A stretch of 64,000 nucleotides of DNA. Origin: Dehalococcoidia bacterium. Its GTDB lineage: Bacteria; Chloroflexota; Dehalococcoidia; Lucifugimonadales; UBA3495. This document shows positions 20,757 to 30,932 of the stretch, piece by piece. The notes beneath the pieces were generated by a model. The model saw only the letters and a program-made list of their open reading frames with translations. It had not been told where the DNA came from and made no database searches. The stretch is taken from the NCBI GenBank assembly GCA_022823505.1, contig JAJEIA010000098.1:7506-71505 (forward strand), written 5' to 3'. Position 1 is the first letter of the stretch. Each line of letters starts with the position of its first letter. The translations under genes and the position numbers were made by a program.

Positions 20757-21104
20757 GCCAGAGGCCGGTGCGTGTTGAGATGCCGGCATCCTCGGGCTGG
20801 CGGGTCGGACCGCGCCAACCCGATCGATCACCGAGGATGATTTTCCTCCGGGGAACCATGTCCGCTCAAAATGCGGCCAGCGTCGCCCCGCACGATTCCC
20901 TGGGCATGCGAGGGGTGGGCACCTGCAAAAAGGTGGAATAAAAGCAGGGACGATGCCTCGACGATGGGGCTTGGCGGATTGACCTGCCGCCCGCGCCGGC
21001 GGAGCCTGATCCGCCGGTATCATGGCGCGGAGTCGCCGGCTCAACCCAATGGCATGAGGCCATCTCTGCCGGACTGGCGCACCTGAACTGGTAGCCGGCG
21101 TTGC

Positions 21105-22450
21105 CTACCGGGCGTCGCCCCACCATCGGCGCAGACGTTCGGCGATGGCTGCCTCCGAGCCCTGATCCGACGGCTCGTAGTATCGCCGGCCGGACAGCCC
21201 CGGCGGCAGAAATTCCTGGGCTTCGAAGTGTCCTTCGTAGTCGTGGCTGTACTTGTATCCCGCGCCGTATCCCATCCCGCGCATCAGGCCGGTCACCGCG
21301 TTGCGCAGGTGCAGAGGCACGGGCTCATGAGGCTTCCCGCGCACGTCGTCCAGCGCGCGTTCCAGCCCCATGTACGCCGCGTTGCTCTTGGGCGAGGTGG
21401 CGAGGTAGACGGTTGCCTCCGCCAGGGGGATGCGACCCTCGGGGAGGCCCACGAAGTGCACCGCCTGCTGGGCCGCCACCGCGACGGGCAAGGCGCCGGG
21501 ATTGGCCAGCCCGATGTCCTCGGCGGCCAGGATCACCAGCCGGCGGGCGATGAACATGGGATCCTCTCCCGCCTCCAGCATCCGGGCCAGCCAGTAGAGC
21601 GCGCCGTCGGGCGACGAGCCGCGTACCGACTTGATGAAGGCCGAGATCGTGTCGTAGTGGCTGTCCCCGTCCTTGTCGTATTGCGGCGTCCGGCGTTGCA
21701 GGGCATCAGCGATGCCTTCCATGGTGACGCGGCGCCGTCCTCCGTCCTCCGGCTCGGCGGCCACCACGGCCATCTCCAGCGCGTTCAACGCCACCCGCGC
21801 GTCGCCGTTGGCAATGTTGACGAGGTGGGCCATCGCGTCCGGCTCCAACTGCGGCAACAGAGGCGCCAGCCCGCGACGGTCGTCCTGCAACGCTCGTGTG
21901 ATGATTACTGTCACCGCGTCGTCATCCAGGGCGTTCAGGGTGAACACCCGGCAGCGGGACAGCAGTGGCGCGTTCACCTCGAACGAGGGATTCTCGGTGG
22001 TGGCGCCGATGAAGGTGACGGTTCCGTCTTCGACGTGGGGCAGGATCACGTCCTGCTGGGCCTTGTTGAAGCGGTGGATCTCGTCAACGAACAGGATCGT
22101 GGACTGCTGGTACAGGGCCTGGCGTTCCTGCGCTGCTGCCACCGCCTTGCGCAAGTCTGCCACACCGGCGGACACCGCGCTGACGGGTTCGAAGTAGGCG
22201 CGAGTAACGGTGGCGATCAGCCTGGCCAGCGTCGTCTTGCCCGAACCCGGCGACCCCAGAAAAGAATGGACGGCACCCGGTCGATTTCGATGGCACGCCG
22301 CAGGACCCGGTCTGCGCCAAGGATATGCTCCTGCCCGACGAACTCGTCGAAGATGGCAGGTCGCATCCGCTCCGCCAGCGGAGCCGTTTCCCGCGCTTGC
22401 CGCTCGCGCCCGTGCTCAAACAGCCCGCCGGCGTTTTGTCGGCCAGTCAT
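21105..22450 (-). pseudogene. rarA: replication-associated recombination protein A, frameshifted near 22255 (possibly an assembly error)
   Basis: PLAERMRP...GQEH in ORF 22217..22450; DEIHRFNKAQQD, GATTENP, HYDTISAFIKS in ORF 21105..22175; one added base restores the Walker A GxPGSGKT. Confidence 0.9.
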
Positions 22451-22452
22451 CG

Positions 22453-23469
22453 TCAGTCCTGGAAGTGCGGCATCACCTCATCGGCGAACAGGCGCATCGA
22501 CCGGCCGACTTCCTCATTGCTCAGCATGCCGCCGATGTTGAACCAGCACATGAACTCCTGGGGCTGATAGAGCTCCTGGTACTGCTTCAGACGCTCGGTG
22601 ACCCGGAGTGGATCCCCGATGGCTCCCAACTCGTCGTAAATCCCCTCGTAGGTGAGTTGGCTGGCCCGGCTGGAACCTCGCGAATTGTTCTGCATGCTCC
22701 GCAGCGTGCCCAGGTAGTTGTTCACCGTTGGTGCGAAACCGGCTTTGGCCTCTTCCTGGGTTTCCCCGACGTAGACCGGAACGTTGACCACCACCTTCAC
22801 CGCCGACTGGTCGTGGCCATGCTCGGCGAGGGTGTCCCGGTAATGCGCCAGCCCGTCGCTGACACCCTGCACGGTGATGATCAGCGGGGTTACCAGGATA
22901 CTGTGACCCAGGCTGCCCACCAGCGGGAAGGTGTCGGCCCCGTTGGACGCGATGTACACCGGCGGATGGGGTTGCTGGATGGGCTTGGGTTCCAGCCGTA
23001 TGCCCTCGGCCTGGTAGTACTGCCCATCGTAGTCCAGCACGTCCTCCTTCCAGGCCCGCAACGCCAGGTCCAGGCCCTCTACGAAACGGTCGTTGCGTTC
23101 CTCGATGGGTATTCCGTATCCCCGATAGTGGTTGGGGTTCGAACCACGCCCGATGCCAAACACGGCCCGTCCGCCCGACAGCACGTCCAGGGTCGCCACC
23201 TCTTCGGCGATGCGCAGGGGGTGATGCAGGGGCAGCAGGTTGACCGCGGTGCCGAGCATGATCCGCTCGGTGGTCTGGGACAGAGCCGACGCCATCAGCA
23301 GCGGAGCCGGCATCACCGAAAAGCTGCGGGCGAAATGCAGCTCTGCCAGCCAAGCCATGTCGTAGCCCAATTGGTCGGCCAGTTGCACCTGCGCCATCAC
23401 GTCCGCGTAACGGTCTGCGGGAGTTTGGCCCTCGCTGCAGGGGATTTGGTAAAAGACTCCAAACTGCAT
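22453..23469 (-). CDS. LLM-class (luciferase-like) flavin-dependent oxidoreductase
   Basis: WLAELHF, HPLRIAEEVATLDVLSGGR, PKPIQQPHPP. Confidence 0.92.
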   Translation of the reverse strand: MQFGVFYQIPCSEGQTPADRYADVMAQVQLADQLGYDMAWLAELHFARSFSVMPAPLLMASALSQTTERIMLGTAVNLLPLHHPLRIAEEVATLDVLSGGRAVFGIGRGSNPNHYRGYGIPIEERNDRFVEGLDLALRAWKEDVLDYDGQYYQAEGIRLEPKPIQQPHPPVYIASNGADTFPLVGSLGHSILVTPLIITVQGVSDGLAHYRDTLAEHGHDQSAVKVVVNVPVYVGETQEEAKAGFAPTVNNYLGTLRSMQNNSRGSSRASQLTYEGIYDELGAIGDPLRVTERLKQYQELYQPQEFMCWFNIGGMLSNEEVGRSMRLFADEVMPHFQD

Positions 23470-23504
23470 TTGACTACTCCCGGGGCGGCGTGCGTTGATG
23501 CGTT

Positions 23505-23948
23505 CTAGCGCGATAGCTTCTGGGTACCGTCATCGTCGGGCATTGGTTCGTTGAAGGGTTCGCCCCGGGCCTCGGCTAGTTCCCGACGCTGAACCCATTC
23601 CCGCCACCGCTGGTTGCTGCGCTCTTCGCCAATCGCGATACCTTCTTCGCGGGCTTGGCGTCTTATCCGGTCTCGCCATATTGATGCCAGCACCATTCTC
23701 ATTGCCTCCATAATCGGCCAAGTCGCCGCCAGCGCCCAAGCCACGATTTGACCACCGTCGTCAAAGACCATCTCCGCGGTCAATCGCCACGTTTCCGGCC
23801 TGTGATTGTGAGTTATCAGCAGTACGTCAACCGCGATAGCCGACGCTATCGCAGCATAGAATGACACAAACGCTTGCCCAGCCCTCCCGGGAGGTACGCT
23901 GAGTATGCCAATCCACCCGGCACGGTCGTTTGACTCCGATGCCATCAT
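23505..23948 (-). CDS. hypothetical membrane protein
   Basis: two hydrophobic segments and a charged tail REEG...WREW..RR...GEPFNEP; start overlaps the carboxylase stop (TAATG). Confidence 0.7.
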   Translation of the reverse strand: MMASESNDRAGWIGILSVPPGRAGQAFVSFYAAIASAIAVDVLLITHNHRPETWRLTAEMVFDDGGQIVAWALAATWPIMEAMRMVLASIWRDRIRRQAREEGIAIGEERSNQRWREWVQRRELAEARGEPFNEPMPDDDGTQKLSR

Positions 23949-25516
23949 TATAGCGGGATGTTGCCGTGTTTCTTCGCCGGCAGGGTGTCCCGCTTGTTCT
24001 GTAGCATTTCGAGAGCGCGGATGACGGTGGCCCGCGTCGAAGCCGGGTCGATCACGTCGTCCAGGTAGCCGCGGTTGGCGGCCACGTAGGGATTTGTAAA
24101 GCGCTCCTGATAGTCGGCGATGAGCTCGGCGCGACGGGTGTCGGGATCGTCGGCGTTGCTGATCTCCTCGCGGTAGATGATGTTCACCGCGCCGTCAGGG
24201 CCCATGACGGCTATTTCGGCGCTGGGCCAGGCGAGGTTGACATCCGAGCGCAGGTGCTTGCTACTCATGACGATGTACGCTCCGCCGTAGGCCTTGCGGG
24301 TGATCAGCGCCACCTTGGGCACGGTGGCCTCCGCGTAGGCGTAGATCAACTTCGCCCCGTGGCGGATGATGCCGCCGTACTCCTGCTCCGTGCCCGGCAT
24401 GAAGCCCGGCACGTCCACCAGGGTCACCAGTGGGATGTTGAAGCAGTCGCAGAACCGCACGAACCGGGCGGCCTTGGCGGACGCGTTGATGTCCAGCACA
24501 CCGGCCAGGTACGCCGGCTGGTTGCCGACCAGCCCCACGGTCCTACCCGCCATCCTGGCGAATCCCACCACCACGTTGGGAGCGTACCCGGCCTGGACTT
24601 CCATGAAGTCCTCGTCGTCAACGATGTGGTAGATGATCTCGCGGATGTCGTACGGTCGGTTTGGCTCATCCGGCACTATACCGCGCAGGATTTCGTCGGC
24701 CCGGTCGACGGGGTCGCCGGAGCGATACCCGGGAGGGTCGTCGAGGTTGTTCAACGGCAGGAAGGAGATCAGCCGGCGGAGTTCCTCAAGGCACTCTTCC
24801 TCGGAATCGGCGACGAAGTGCGCCACGCCGCTGCGGGCCGCGTGGGCGTCGGCGCCGCCCAGTTGTTCGTGGGTCACGTCCTCTCCGGTGACCGCCCGGA
24901 CCACGTCCGGCCCGGTGATGTACATCTGTCCAGTTCCGCGGACCATGAAGATGAAATCGGTGATGGCCGGTGAGTAGACCGCGCCGCCGGCCGACGGACC
25001 CATGATGACCGAGATCTGCGGCACCACGCCGGAGAACATGGTGTTGCGCAGGAAGATGTCGCCGTAGGCGGCCAGGCTCAATGCCCCTTCCTGGATGCGC
25101 GCGCCGCCGGAGTCGCAGATGCCGATCATGGGACAGCCGGTTTTGGCGGCCAGGTCCATGACCTTGCAGATCTTCTGGCCCACTACCTCGGAAAGCGAGC
25201 CGCCGAACACGGTGAAATCCTGCGCGTAGGCGAAGACCTGCCGGCCGTCGATGTTGCCGTAGCCGGTGACCACTGCGTCGCCGAGGAAGGTGCGATCTGC
25301 CAGTCCGAAGTCGGTGGTGCGGTGGGTGACGAAACGATCAATCTCGGTGAACGTCCCATCGTCCATCAACGCGTTCAACCGTTCCCGCGCGGTCATCTTG
25401 CCCCGCTGGTGCTGTTGGTCGATGCGACGCTGCCCGCCGCCGAGCGCGGACTGGCCCTGCAGCCGAAGCAGGTTTTGCAAACCCGGGTCGTTGATCGCTT
25501 CTTCTGGTGTGGACAA
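23948..25516 (-). CDS. pccB: acyl-CoA (propionyl/methylmalonyl-CoA) carboxyltransferase beta subunit
   Basis: [41 protein letters not shown]; TTG 25516 after GGAGG. Confidence 0.93.
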   Translation of the reverse strand: MSTPEEAINDPGLQNLLRLQGQSALGGGQRRIDQQHQRGKMTARERLNALMDDGTFTEIDRFVTHRTTDFGLADRTFLGDAVVTGYGNIDGRQVFAYAQDFTVFGGSLSEVVGQKICKVMDLAAKTGCPMIGICDSGGARIQEGALSLAAYGDIFLRNTMFSGVVPQISVIMGPSAGGAVYSPAITDFIFMVRGTGQMYITGPDVVRAVTGEDVTHEQLGGADAHAARSGVAHFVADSEEECLEELRRLISFLPLNNLDDPPGYRSGDPVDRADEILRGIVPDEPNRPYDIREIIYHIVDDEDFMEVQAGYAPNVVVGFARMAGRTVGLVGNQPAYLAGVLDINASAKAARFVRFCDCFNIPLVTLVDVPGFMPGTEQEYGGIIRHGAKLIYAYAEATVPKVALITRKAYGGAYIVMSSKHLRSDVNLAWPSAEIAVMGPDGAVNIIYREEISNADDPDTRRAELIADYQERFTNPYVAANRGYLDDVIDPASTRATVIRALEMLQNKRDTLPAKKHGNIPL

Positions 25517-25646
25517 TTCCGGCCTCCGTGGGAGATGCTGGCGCGACGTTTTGTGTCGTGGAATGCCGACCGGCAACGGGTGGCGTCCCCGATGGCTAAG
25601 TATAATGGTTCTGGGAATCCCGCGCCTTTCCGGACCGGAGAACGAA

Positions 25647-26525
25647 TTGACCGCATCCCGCCCATCTCTGCAACGCACAGCGCCGACCCTGTCCGTGGCT
25701 GCCGGCGAACCGCTGGTTTGGGGCCGGCGCACCTACGTGATGGGCATAATCAATCTGGCGCCCGACTCGTTCTCCGGCGACGGGCTGGCCGGTGACGTGC
25801 CAGCCGCGGTCGCGCAGGCGCGGCGCATGGAGGCTGATGGTGCGGACATGCTCGACGTGGGCGCGGAGTCGACGCGACCGGGGAGCACGCCCCTGTCCGC
25901 GTCGGCGGAGGCCCAACGCCTGCTGCCCGCCTTGGAGGCGATCTGCCGGGCAGTGCAGGTTCCGGTAAGTGTCGACACCTACAAGGCTTCGGTGGCGCGG
26001 CGGGCGATCGGGGCCGGCGCGTCTATCGTAAACGACGTCTGGGGGCTGCTTGCTGATGGCAACATGGCGCGGGTCATCGCTGACGCCGGCGTTCCGGCAA
26101 TCCTGATGCACAATCAGCGGGAGGCGGAATACGACGACCTGGTACCCGATGTGATCGCCGGCCTTCGTCGTATCGCGGGAATCGCTGGAGCAGCCGGCAT
26201 CGCCGGTCACAACATCATCCTTGACCCCGGAATCGGTTTCGGCAAGACCGCCGACCACAACCTTGAACTGTTGCGGCGGCTGCCGGAATTGCAGGTACTC
26301 GGGTATCCGACGCTGCTTGGGGTCTCGCGAAAGTCGACCATCGGCCGCGTACTCGGGTTGCCCGCAGATGACCGCATTGAGGGCACCGCGGCGGCCGTGA
26401 CCATGAGCATCGCCGGCGGCGCCGACATCGTTCGGGTGCACGATGTGAAGCAGATGGTTCGCGTGGCCCGCATGACCGATGCCATCGTGCGCGACTGGAG
26501 ACCCGAAGGATGGTCCAACCGGTAA
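25647..26525 (+). CDS. folP: dihydropteroate synthase
   Basis: [39 protein letters not shown]. Confidence 0.96.
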   Translation: MTASRPSLQRTAPTLSVAAGEPLVWGRRTYVMGIINLAPDSFSGDGLAGDVPAAVAQARRMEADGADMLDVGAESTRPGSTPLSASAEAQRLLPALEAICRAVQVPVSVDTYKASVARRAIGAGASIVNDVWGLLADGNMARVIADAGVPAILMHNQREAEYDDLVPDVIAGLRRIAGIAGAAGIAGHNIILDPGIGFGKTADHNLELLRRLPELQVLGYPTLLGVSRKSTIGRVLGLPADDRIEGTAAAVTMSIAGGADIVRVHDVKQMVRVARMTDAIVRDWRPEGWSNR

Positions 26526-27025
26526 CAACCCACCTGTGCCTGGGCGGCAACCTGGGCGATCGCCTCGCGGCGCTTACGGAGGCGCTGCGGCTGCTGGACG
26601 CCACGCCGGGCATGCGCCGGACCGTCTGCTCCTCGGTCTACGAAACCGAGCCTTGGGCCGTGGCCGATCAGCCCAACTTCCTCAACATCGTCGTCGCCTA
26701 CGAAACCACGCTGTCGCCGGAAGACCTGCTGGCGGCGTGCAAGTCCGTGGAGGCCGAGGTTGGCCGCGTGACCTCGTACCGCTGGGGACCCCGCCTTATC
26801 GACGTGGACATCCTGCTCTACGGCGACCGGGTCGTGGATCTGGCCGAGCCGGACCTCCAAATACCGCACCCGCGCATGGCGCAGCGGGCCTTCGTGCTGG
26901 TTCCGCTGGCGGAGGTGACACCGGATCGTGGGGTCCCACCGGGCGGAACGTCCGTGCGCGTACTGCTGGAGCAGGTGGACGACCGGGCCGGCGTTGTTTG
27001 GTGGGGGGATGCTCCGTCACCCTGA
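26510..27025 (+). CDS. folK: 2-amino-4-hydroxy-6-hydroxymethyldihydropteridine diphosphokinase
   Basis: LGGNLG, YETEPW, WGPRLIDVDILLY, IPHP. Confidence 0.96.
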   Translation: MVQPVTTHLCLGGNLGDRLAALTEALRLLDATPGMRRTVCSSVYETEPWAVADQPNFLNIVVAYETTLSPEDLLAACKSVEAEVGRVTSYRWGPRLIDVDILLYGDRVVDLAEPDLQIPHPRMAQRAFVLVPLAEVTPDRGVPPGGTSVRVLLEQVDDRAGVVWWGDAPSP

Positions 27026-27052
27026 CCGCACCGCGCTACCGGCAATTGATCG

Positions 27053-29197
27053 TTACCGGTCGGTTCGGTACAGGTAGCGGGTGTCCCAAAGTCCGTACAG
27101 GGTGGGAGTGGTGTTGCCGAACACGTTTCGGACGGCGCTGATCCTCTCGCTCAGCGTCGTGTAGATGACCGGAACGTTCTCAGCGGCAATCGTCTGCGCG
27201 CGGTGGTAGTAGGCCACGCGCTGGTCATGTTCCAGCTCCTGACTGGCTTTGACATAAAGATCGTCGATCTCAGATTCCCACTCGGTGGCGGGTTGGGCTT
27301 GGTTGGGGTGCCACAGGTGCAGGTTCCCGCTGCTGTGCCAGAAGTTGATGCTGAAGTGAGGTTCACTGCCGCCGCCGAAGCCGATAACCATCGACTCCCA
27401 GTCGTAGGATCTGGTTAGCTGGGAGACCAGGGAGCCAAACGGGATTATTTCGAAGTTCGCCTTGATGCCGATGTCTTGCAGGCCACGGCGGATTATCTCG
27501 CCCACTTGCTGACGTTCGGTGTTGCCTTCATTGGTCACCAGCAGGAATTCTATCTCATTGCCCGCGCCGTCTTCTCGTGTGCCGTCCCCGTCGCCATCGG
27601 TCCAGCCGATGCCGTCCAGGATTGCGTTGGCCCGTCCCAGGTCGTACTCGTACCGTCGGACGTTGGGGTTGTGGAAATCGCCGGCGGCCGGGCTGACGGA
27701 GGACCATTGCGGGAATGCGAGGCCATGCTGGACGTCGTTGATGATCGTGTCCTTGTCAACGCTGTGGGCAACGGCCTGGCGGAACTGCTTGTTGCGGAAC
27801 CACTCCAACTGCTCGGGCGCCAGGTAAAGCTCGCCGGTGTCCGGGTTGGCGCCGGGGTTCATGTTGAACGCCAGAAACGTCGTCCCGTAAGCGGGGCCGC
27901 GCCGGTAGATCGTGAAATTCTCCCGCGCCTGGAGCGGGTCGAGTCCGGCGAATTCTTCGCCCCGCACCCCATGGGTGTCCGCCACGCCCGCGCGGAACTG
28001 GGCAAGGTCGTCGGCCAGGTCCGGAACGGTGAGCCGAACGATTTCTTCCAGGTACGGCAGGTTGTTGCCGGCGGAGTCCTTGAGCCAATAATCCGGGTTG
28101 CGCCGGAAGACTATGCGGTCGTCGGGTACGTAACGTTCGATGGTAAATGGGCCGGTGCCGATTACCTCGGTCGGGTCGGTGTTGATGTCCCACGTCTCGA
28201 CGAAGGTGCCGTCGTCAACGCGCGGCTCCAGAATGTGCTTCGGATAAATTGCGGTTCCCATGGAGCGCAGGAACGGGCCGAATGGCGCCGGCAGGATGCA
28301 TTCCACCGTAAAGTCATCCAGCGCTGTGACCGTCATCGGCGATGTACGCCACTGGCCGCTTGCCTCGTCCCGATACCGGAAGTTGAACGTCGAGCGGCTG
28401 CTGGCCGGAATATCGTCGTTGTAGATAATCCGGTTGAAGGTAAAGTCAACGTCATGGGCGGTGAACGGCTGCCCGTCGTGCCAACGCACGTCCTGCCGGA
28501 GCCGGAACGTCCACGTCAAGCCATCCTCCGAGCGCTCCCAGGACTCTGCCAGCCCCGGCTCTACCTGGTTGGTCAGCCAGGAGGTCTCGGTCAAACCGTC
28601 GAAAAGGTATCCCAGGACGCCCGACGAGGAGCCATCGGTGGCAATTGCCAAGTTGAAGGTAAGTGGATCGCCGATGGTCGCGAAGGTCAGGGTGCCGCCG
28701 GGTTTTCCGATGGCGTACTCAAAATCCTCGGCATTTTTTCGAAGTTGCTCAACGCTCATGGTCTGAGTGACGGGAGTCGGACGCCGCGTGGCGATCGTTG
28801 CCTCCTCTCGCTCTCTGGGGAATATCACCTGCATCGGCGAGGTGGTGTCCTCGGCGGCGCCCGGCTTGCGCACTATCAAATAGCAAACCTCGTCCGGGGA
28901 GTTGGCTTCGTACCCGCCGGCCGTGGCCGGATACGCTCGGACGGTGGTGTAGCCGTTGCTGTCGGAACTGCGGACGACGAACCACCGGTCGCCGTCGGAG
29001 TCGGTGAAGTAGTCCTGGTAGGCAATACGGCCGTGGTCGCCTTGCCGCAGCGGCCCGTCGTCGGCCGGCCCGGGCCAGGAACTGGGACACGCCGGGTCGG
29101 CCGCCGCCGCATCATCCACCGGAAGGGATAGCATTCCAACCGCCGCGCCCACCAGGCACGCCATGATCACAATATGGATCCGAAGCGACTTCGCCAC
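27053..29197 (-). CDS. ABC substrate-binding protein (family 5) with extra N-terminal domain
   Basis: signal peptide, GGTLT, PGLAESW, WHDGQPFTAHDV, GTGPF. Confidence 0.9.
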   Translation of the reverse strand: MAKSLRIHIVIMACLVGAAVGMLSLPVDDAAAADPACPSSWPGPADDGPLRQGDHGRIAYQDYFTDSDGDRWFVVRSSDSNGYTTVRAYPATAGGYEANSPDEVCYLIVRKPGAAEDTTSPMQVIFPREREEATIATRRPTPVTQTMSVEQLRKNAEDFEYAIGKPGGTLTFATIGDPLTFNLAIATDGSSSGVLGYLFDGLTETSWLTNQVEPGLAESWERSEDGLTWTFRLRQDVRWHDGQPFTAHDVDFTFNRIIYNDDIPASSRSTFNFRYRDEASGQWRTSPMTVTALDDFTVECILPAPFGPFLRSMGTAIYPKHILEPRVDDGTFVETWDINTDPTEVIGTGPFTIERYVPDDRIVFRRNPDYWLKDSAGNNLPYLEEIVRLTVPDLADDLAQFRAGVADTHGVRGEEFAGLDPLQARENFTIYRRGPAYGTTFLAFNMNPGANPDTGELYLAPEQLEWFRNKQFRQAVAHSVDKDTIINDVQHGLAFPQWSSVSPAAGDFHNPNVRRYEYDLGRANAILDGIGWTDGDGDGTREDGAGNEIEFLLVTNEGNTERQQVGEIIRRGLQDIGIKANFEIIPFGSLVSQLTRSYDWESMVIGFGGGSEPHFSINFWHSSGNLHLWHPNQAQPATEWESEIDDLYVKASQELEHDQRVAYYHRAQTIAAENVPVIYTTLSERISAVRNVFGNTTPTLYGLWDTRYLYRTDR

Positions 29198-29300
29198 AGT
29201 TCCTCCCTCTGAAGTGGATCGATCTCGCAGTTTTGAGTATCCAAATGCCCGGCGACCATTATAATCAGGAGGGTCAACCCATTATCCAGGAGGCGTTACC

Positions 29301-30932
29301 ATGTCCATCACCCAACTCACCCGCAGCGCCGTGTACGGCCAGAATGGCATGGTCTGCTCGAACTCGCCCCTGGCGGCGGCGGCCGGACTCCGTGCAATGC
29401 AGGAGGGCGGCAACGCGTTTGATGCCGCCCTGGCCGTTGCGGCCGTGGAATGCGTCACCCTGGTTCCCGTTTGCGGCCTCGGCGGCGATTCGTTCATCCT
29501 GGCCTACGACGCCAGGAGCGGCCGGGTCACCAATATCAACAGCAGCGGGGTCGCCGCCGCGGGCGCCGAGGCCGAGTACTACCGGGGCCAGGGCCTGGCT
29601 TTGATGCCCATACAGGGGCCGCACTCGATTTCAGTGCCCGGCGAGGCCGCCGCGTGGGAGACCATGCACCAAAGCTTCGGCACCATGCCCTTTGCCGAAC
29701 TGCTGGCCCCCGCAATCCAGTACGCCGAGCTGGGGTTCCCTGTGTCACCCCGCATCGCGAGGTCCTTCGCCGGCAACGCCGAGTTGCTGGGCCGTTTCGC
29801 GGCCACCGCGGACATCTACCTGGCCAACGGCGGGCGGCCGCCCCGGGTCGGCGAGATCCTGGTCAACGGCGATCTGGCAAACACCATGCGAGCCGTTGCT
29901 GAGGGTGGCGCCGATGCCTTCTACCGCAGCGACATCACCAGGAAGATGGTCGAGGGCATCAACAGCGCCGGCGGACTGTTCATCGAGGACGACTTCGCCG
30001 GCCATTACGCCGACGTGGGCGAGCCCATCAGCACCTCGTACCGCGATCATACGATTTACCAGACCCGCCCGCCGTCCCAGGGGTTCCTGCTGCTGGAGAT
30101 GCTGAACATCGTCAGCGGCCACGACCTGTCGTCGATGACGCCCAACTCGGCCGACTCGATACACCTGCTGGTGGAAGCGAAGAAGATCGCGTACTCGGAC
30201 CGCAACCGTCTCGCTGGCGACCCCAATTTTGTTGACTGGCCCCTGGACGGCCTGCTGTCGACCGAGTATGCCGACATGCGCCGTGACCAGATCCATCCCT
30301 TCCAGGCCGGCGACGAAGTCCGCCCCCTGGTCCCGGTGAATGGCCACGGCGATACCACGTACTTCTGCGTCGCCGATGGCGATGGCAACGCGGTCAGCTG
30401 GATCCACAGCCTGTCCAACGGGTTCGGCTCCGGCGTCGTCGCTCCCGGGACCGGCGTGCTTTTCAACAACCGCGCCGGGCGTGGATTCAGCCTCGAACCC
30501 GACCATCCCAACGTCATCGCGCCGGGTAAGCGCACCATGCACACTTTGAACTGCTACCTGACCACCGTTGACGGCGAGGTTTCCATAGTCGGCGGCACGC
30601 CCGGCGGCGATGTCCAGCCGCAGGTCGGGATCCAGATGTTGACCAAGCTGATTGACGGCGGACTGCAGCCCCAGGACGCCGTGGAATCGCCGCGCTGGCA
30701 CAGCTTCCCCGGCACCGACCCGGCGACGATCAACCGCGCCGGTGAGCTCCGGGTCGAGGTGGGGATGCCCGACGATACGATCCGGGATCTGGGCCGGATG
30801 GGACACAACGTGGTGCAGAACCCGCTGGGTTCCTACCACGGCGTGGTGCAGCTCATCGTGCGCGACCGGCGTCGCGGCGTGCTGGCGGGCGCCTCGGACC
30901 CCCGGGGGGATGGCCAGGCTGTGGCCTACTGA
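29301..30932 (+). CDS. ggt: gamma-glutamyltransferase family protein
   Basis: GGNAFDAA, GLGGD, GDTTYF autocleavage Thr, PGKR, GTPGG, DPRGDG. Confidence 0.92.
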   Translation: MSITQLTRSAVYGQNGMVCSNSPLAAAAGLRAMQEGGNAFDAALAVAAVECVTLVPVCGLGGDSFILAYDARSGRVTNINSSGVAAAGAEAEYYRGQGLALMPIQGPHSISVPGEAAAWETMHQSFGTMPFAELLAPAIQYAELGFPVSPRIARSFAGNAELLGRFAATADIYLANGGRPPRVGEILVNGDLANTMRAVAEGGADAFYRSDITRKMVEGINSAGGLFIEDDFAGHYADVGEPISTSYRDHTIYQTRPPSQGFLLLEMLNIVSGHDLSSMTPNSADSIHLLVEAKKIAYSDRNRLAGDPNFVDWPLDGLLSTEYADMRRDQIHPFQAGDEVRPLVPVNGHGDTTYFCVADGDGNAVSWIHSLSNGFGSGVVAPGTGVLFNNRAGRGFSLEPDHPNVIAPGKRTMHTLNCYLTTVDGEVSIVGGTPGGDVQPQVGIQMLTKLIDGGLQPQDAVESPRWHSFPGTDPATINRAGELRVEVGMPDDTIRDLGRMGHNVVQNPLGSYHGVVQLIVRDRRRGVLAGASDPRGDGQAVAY

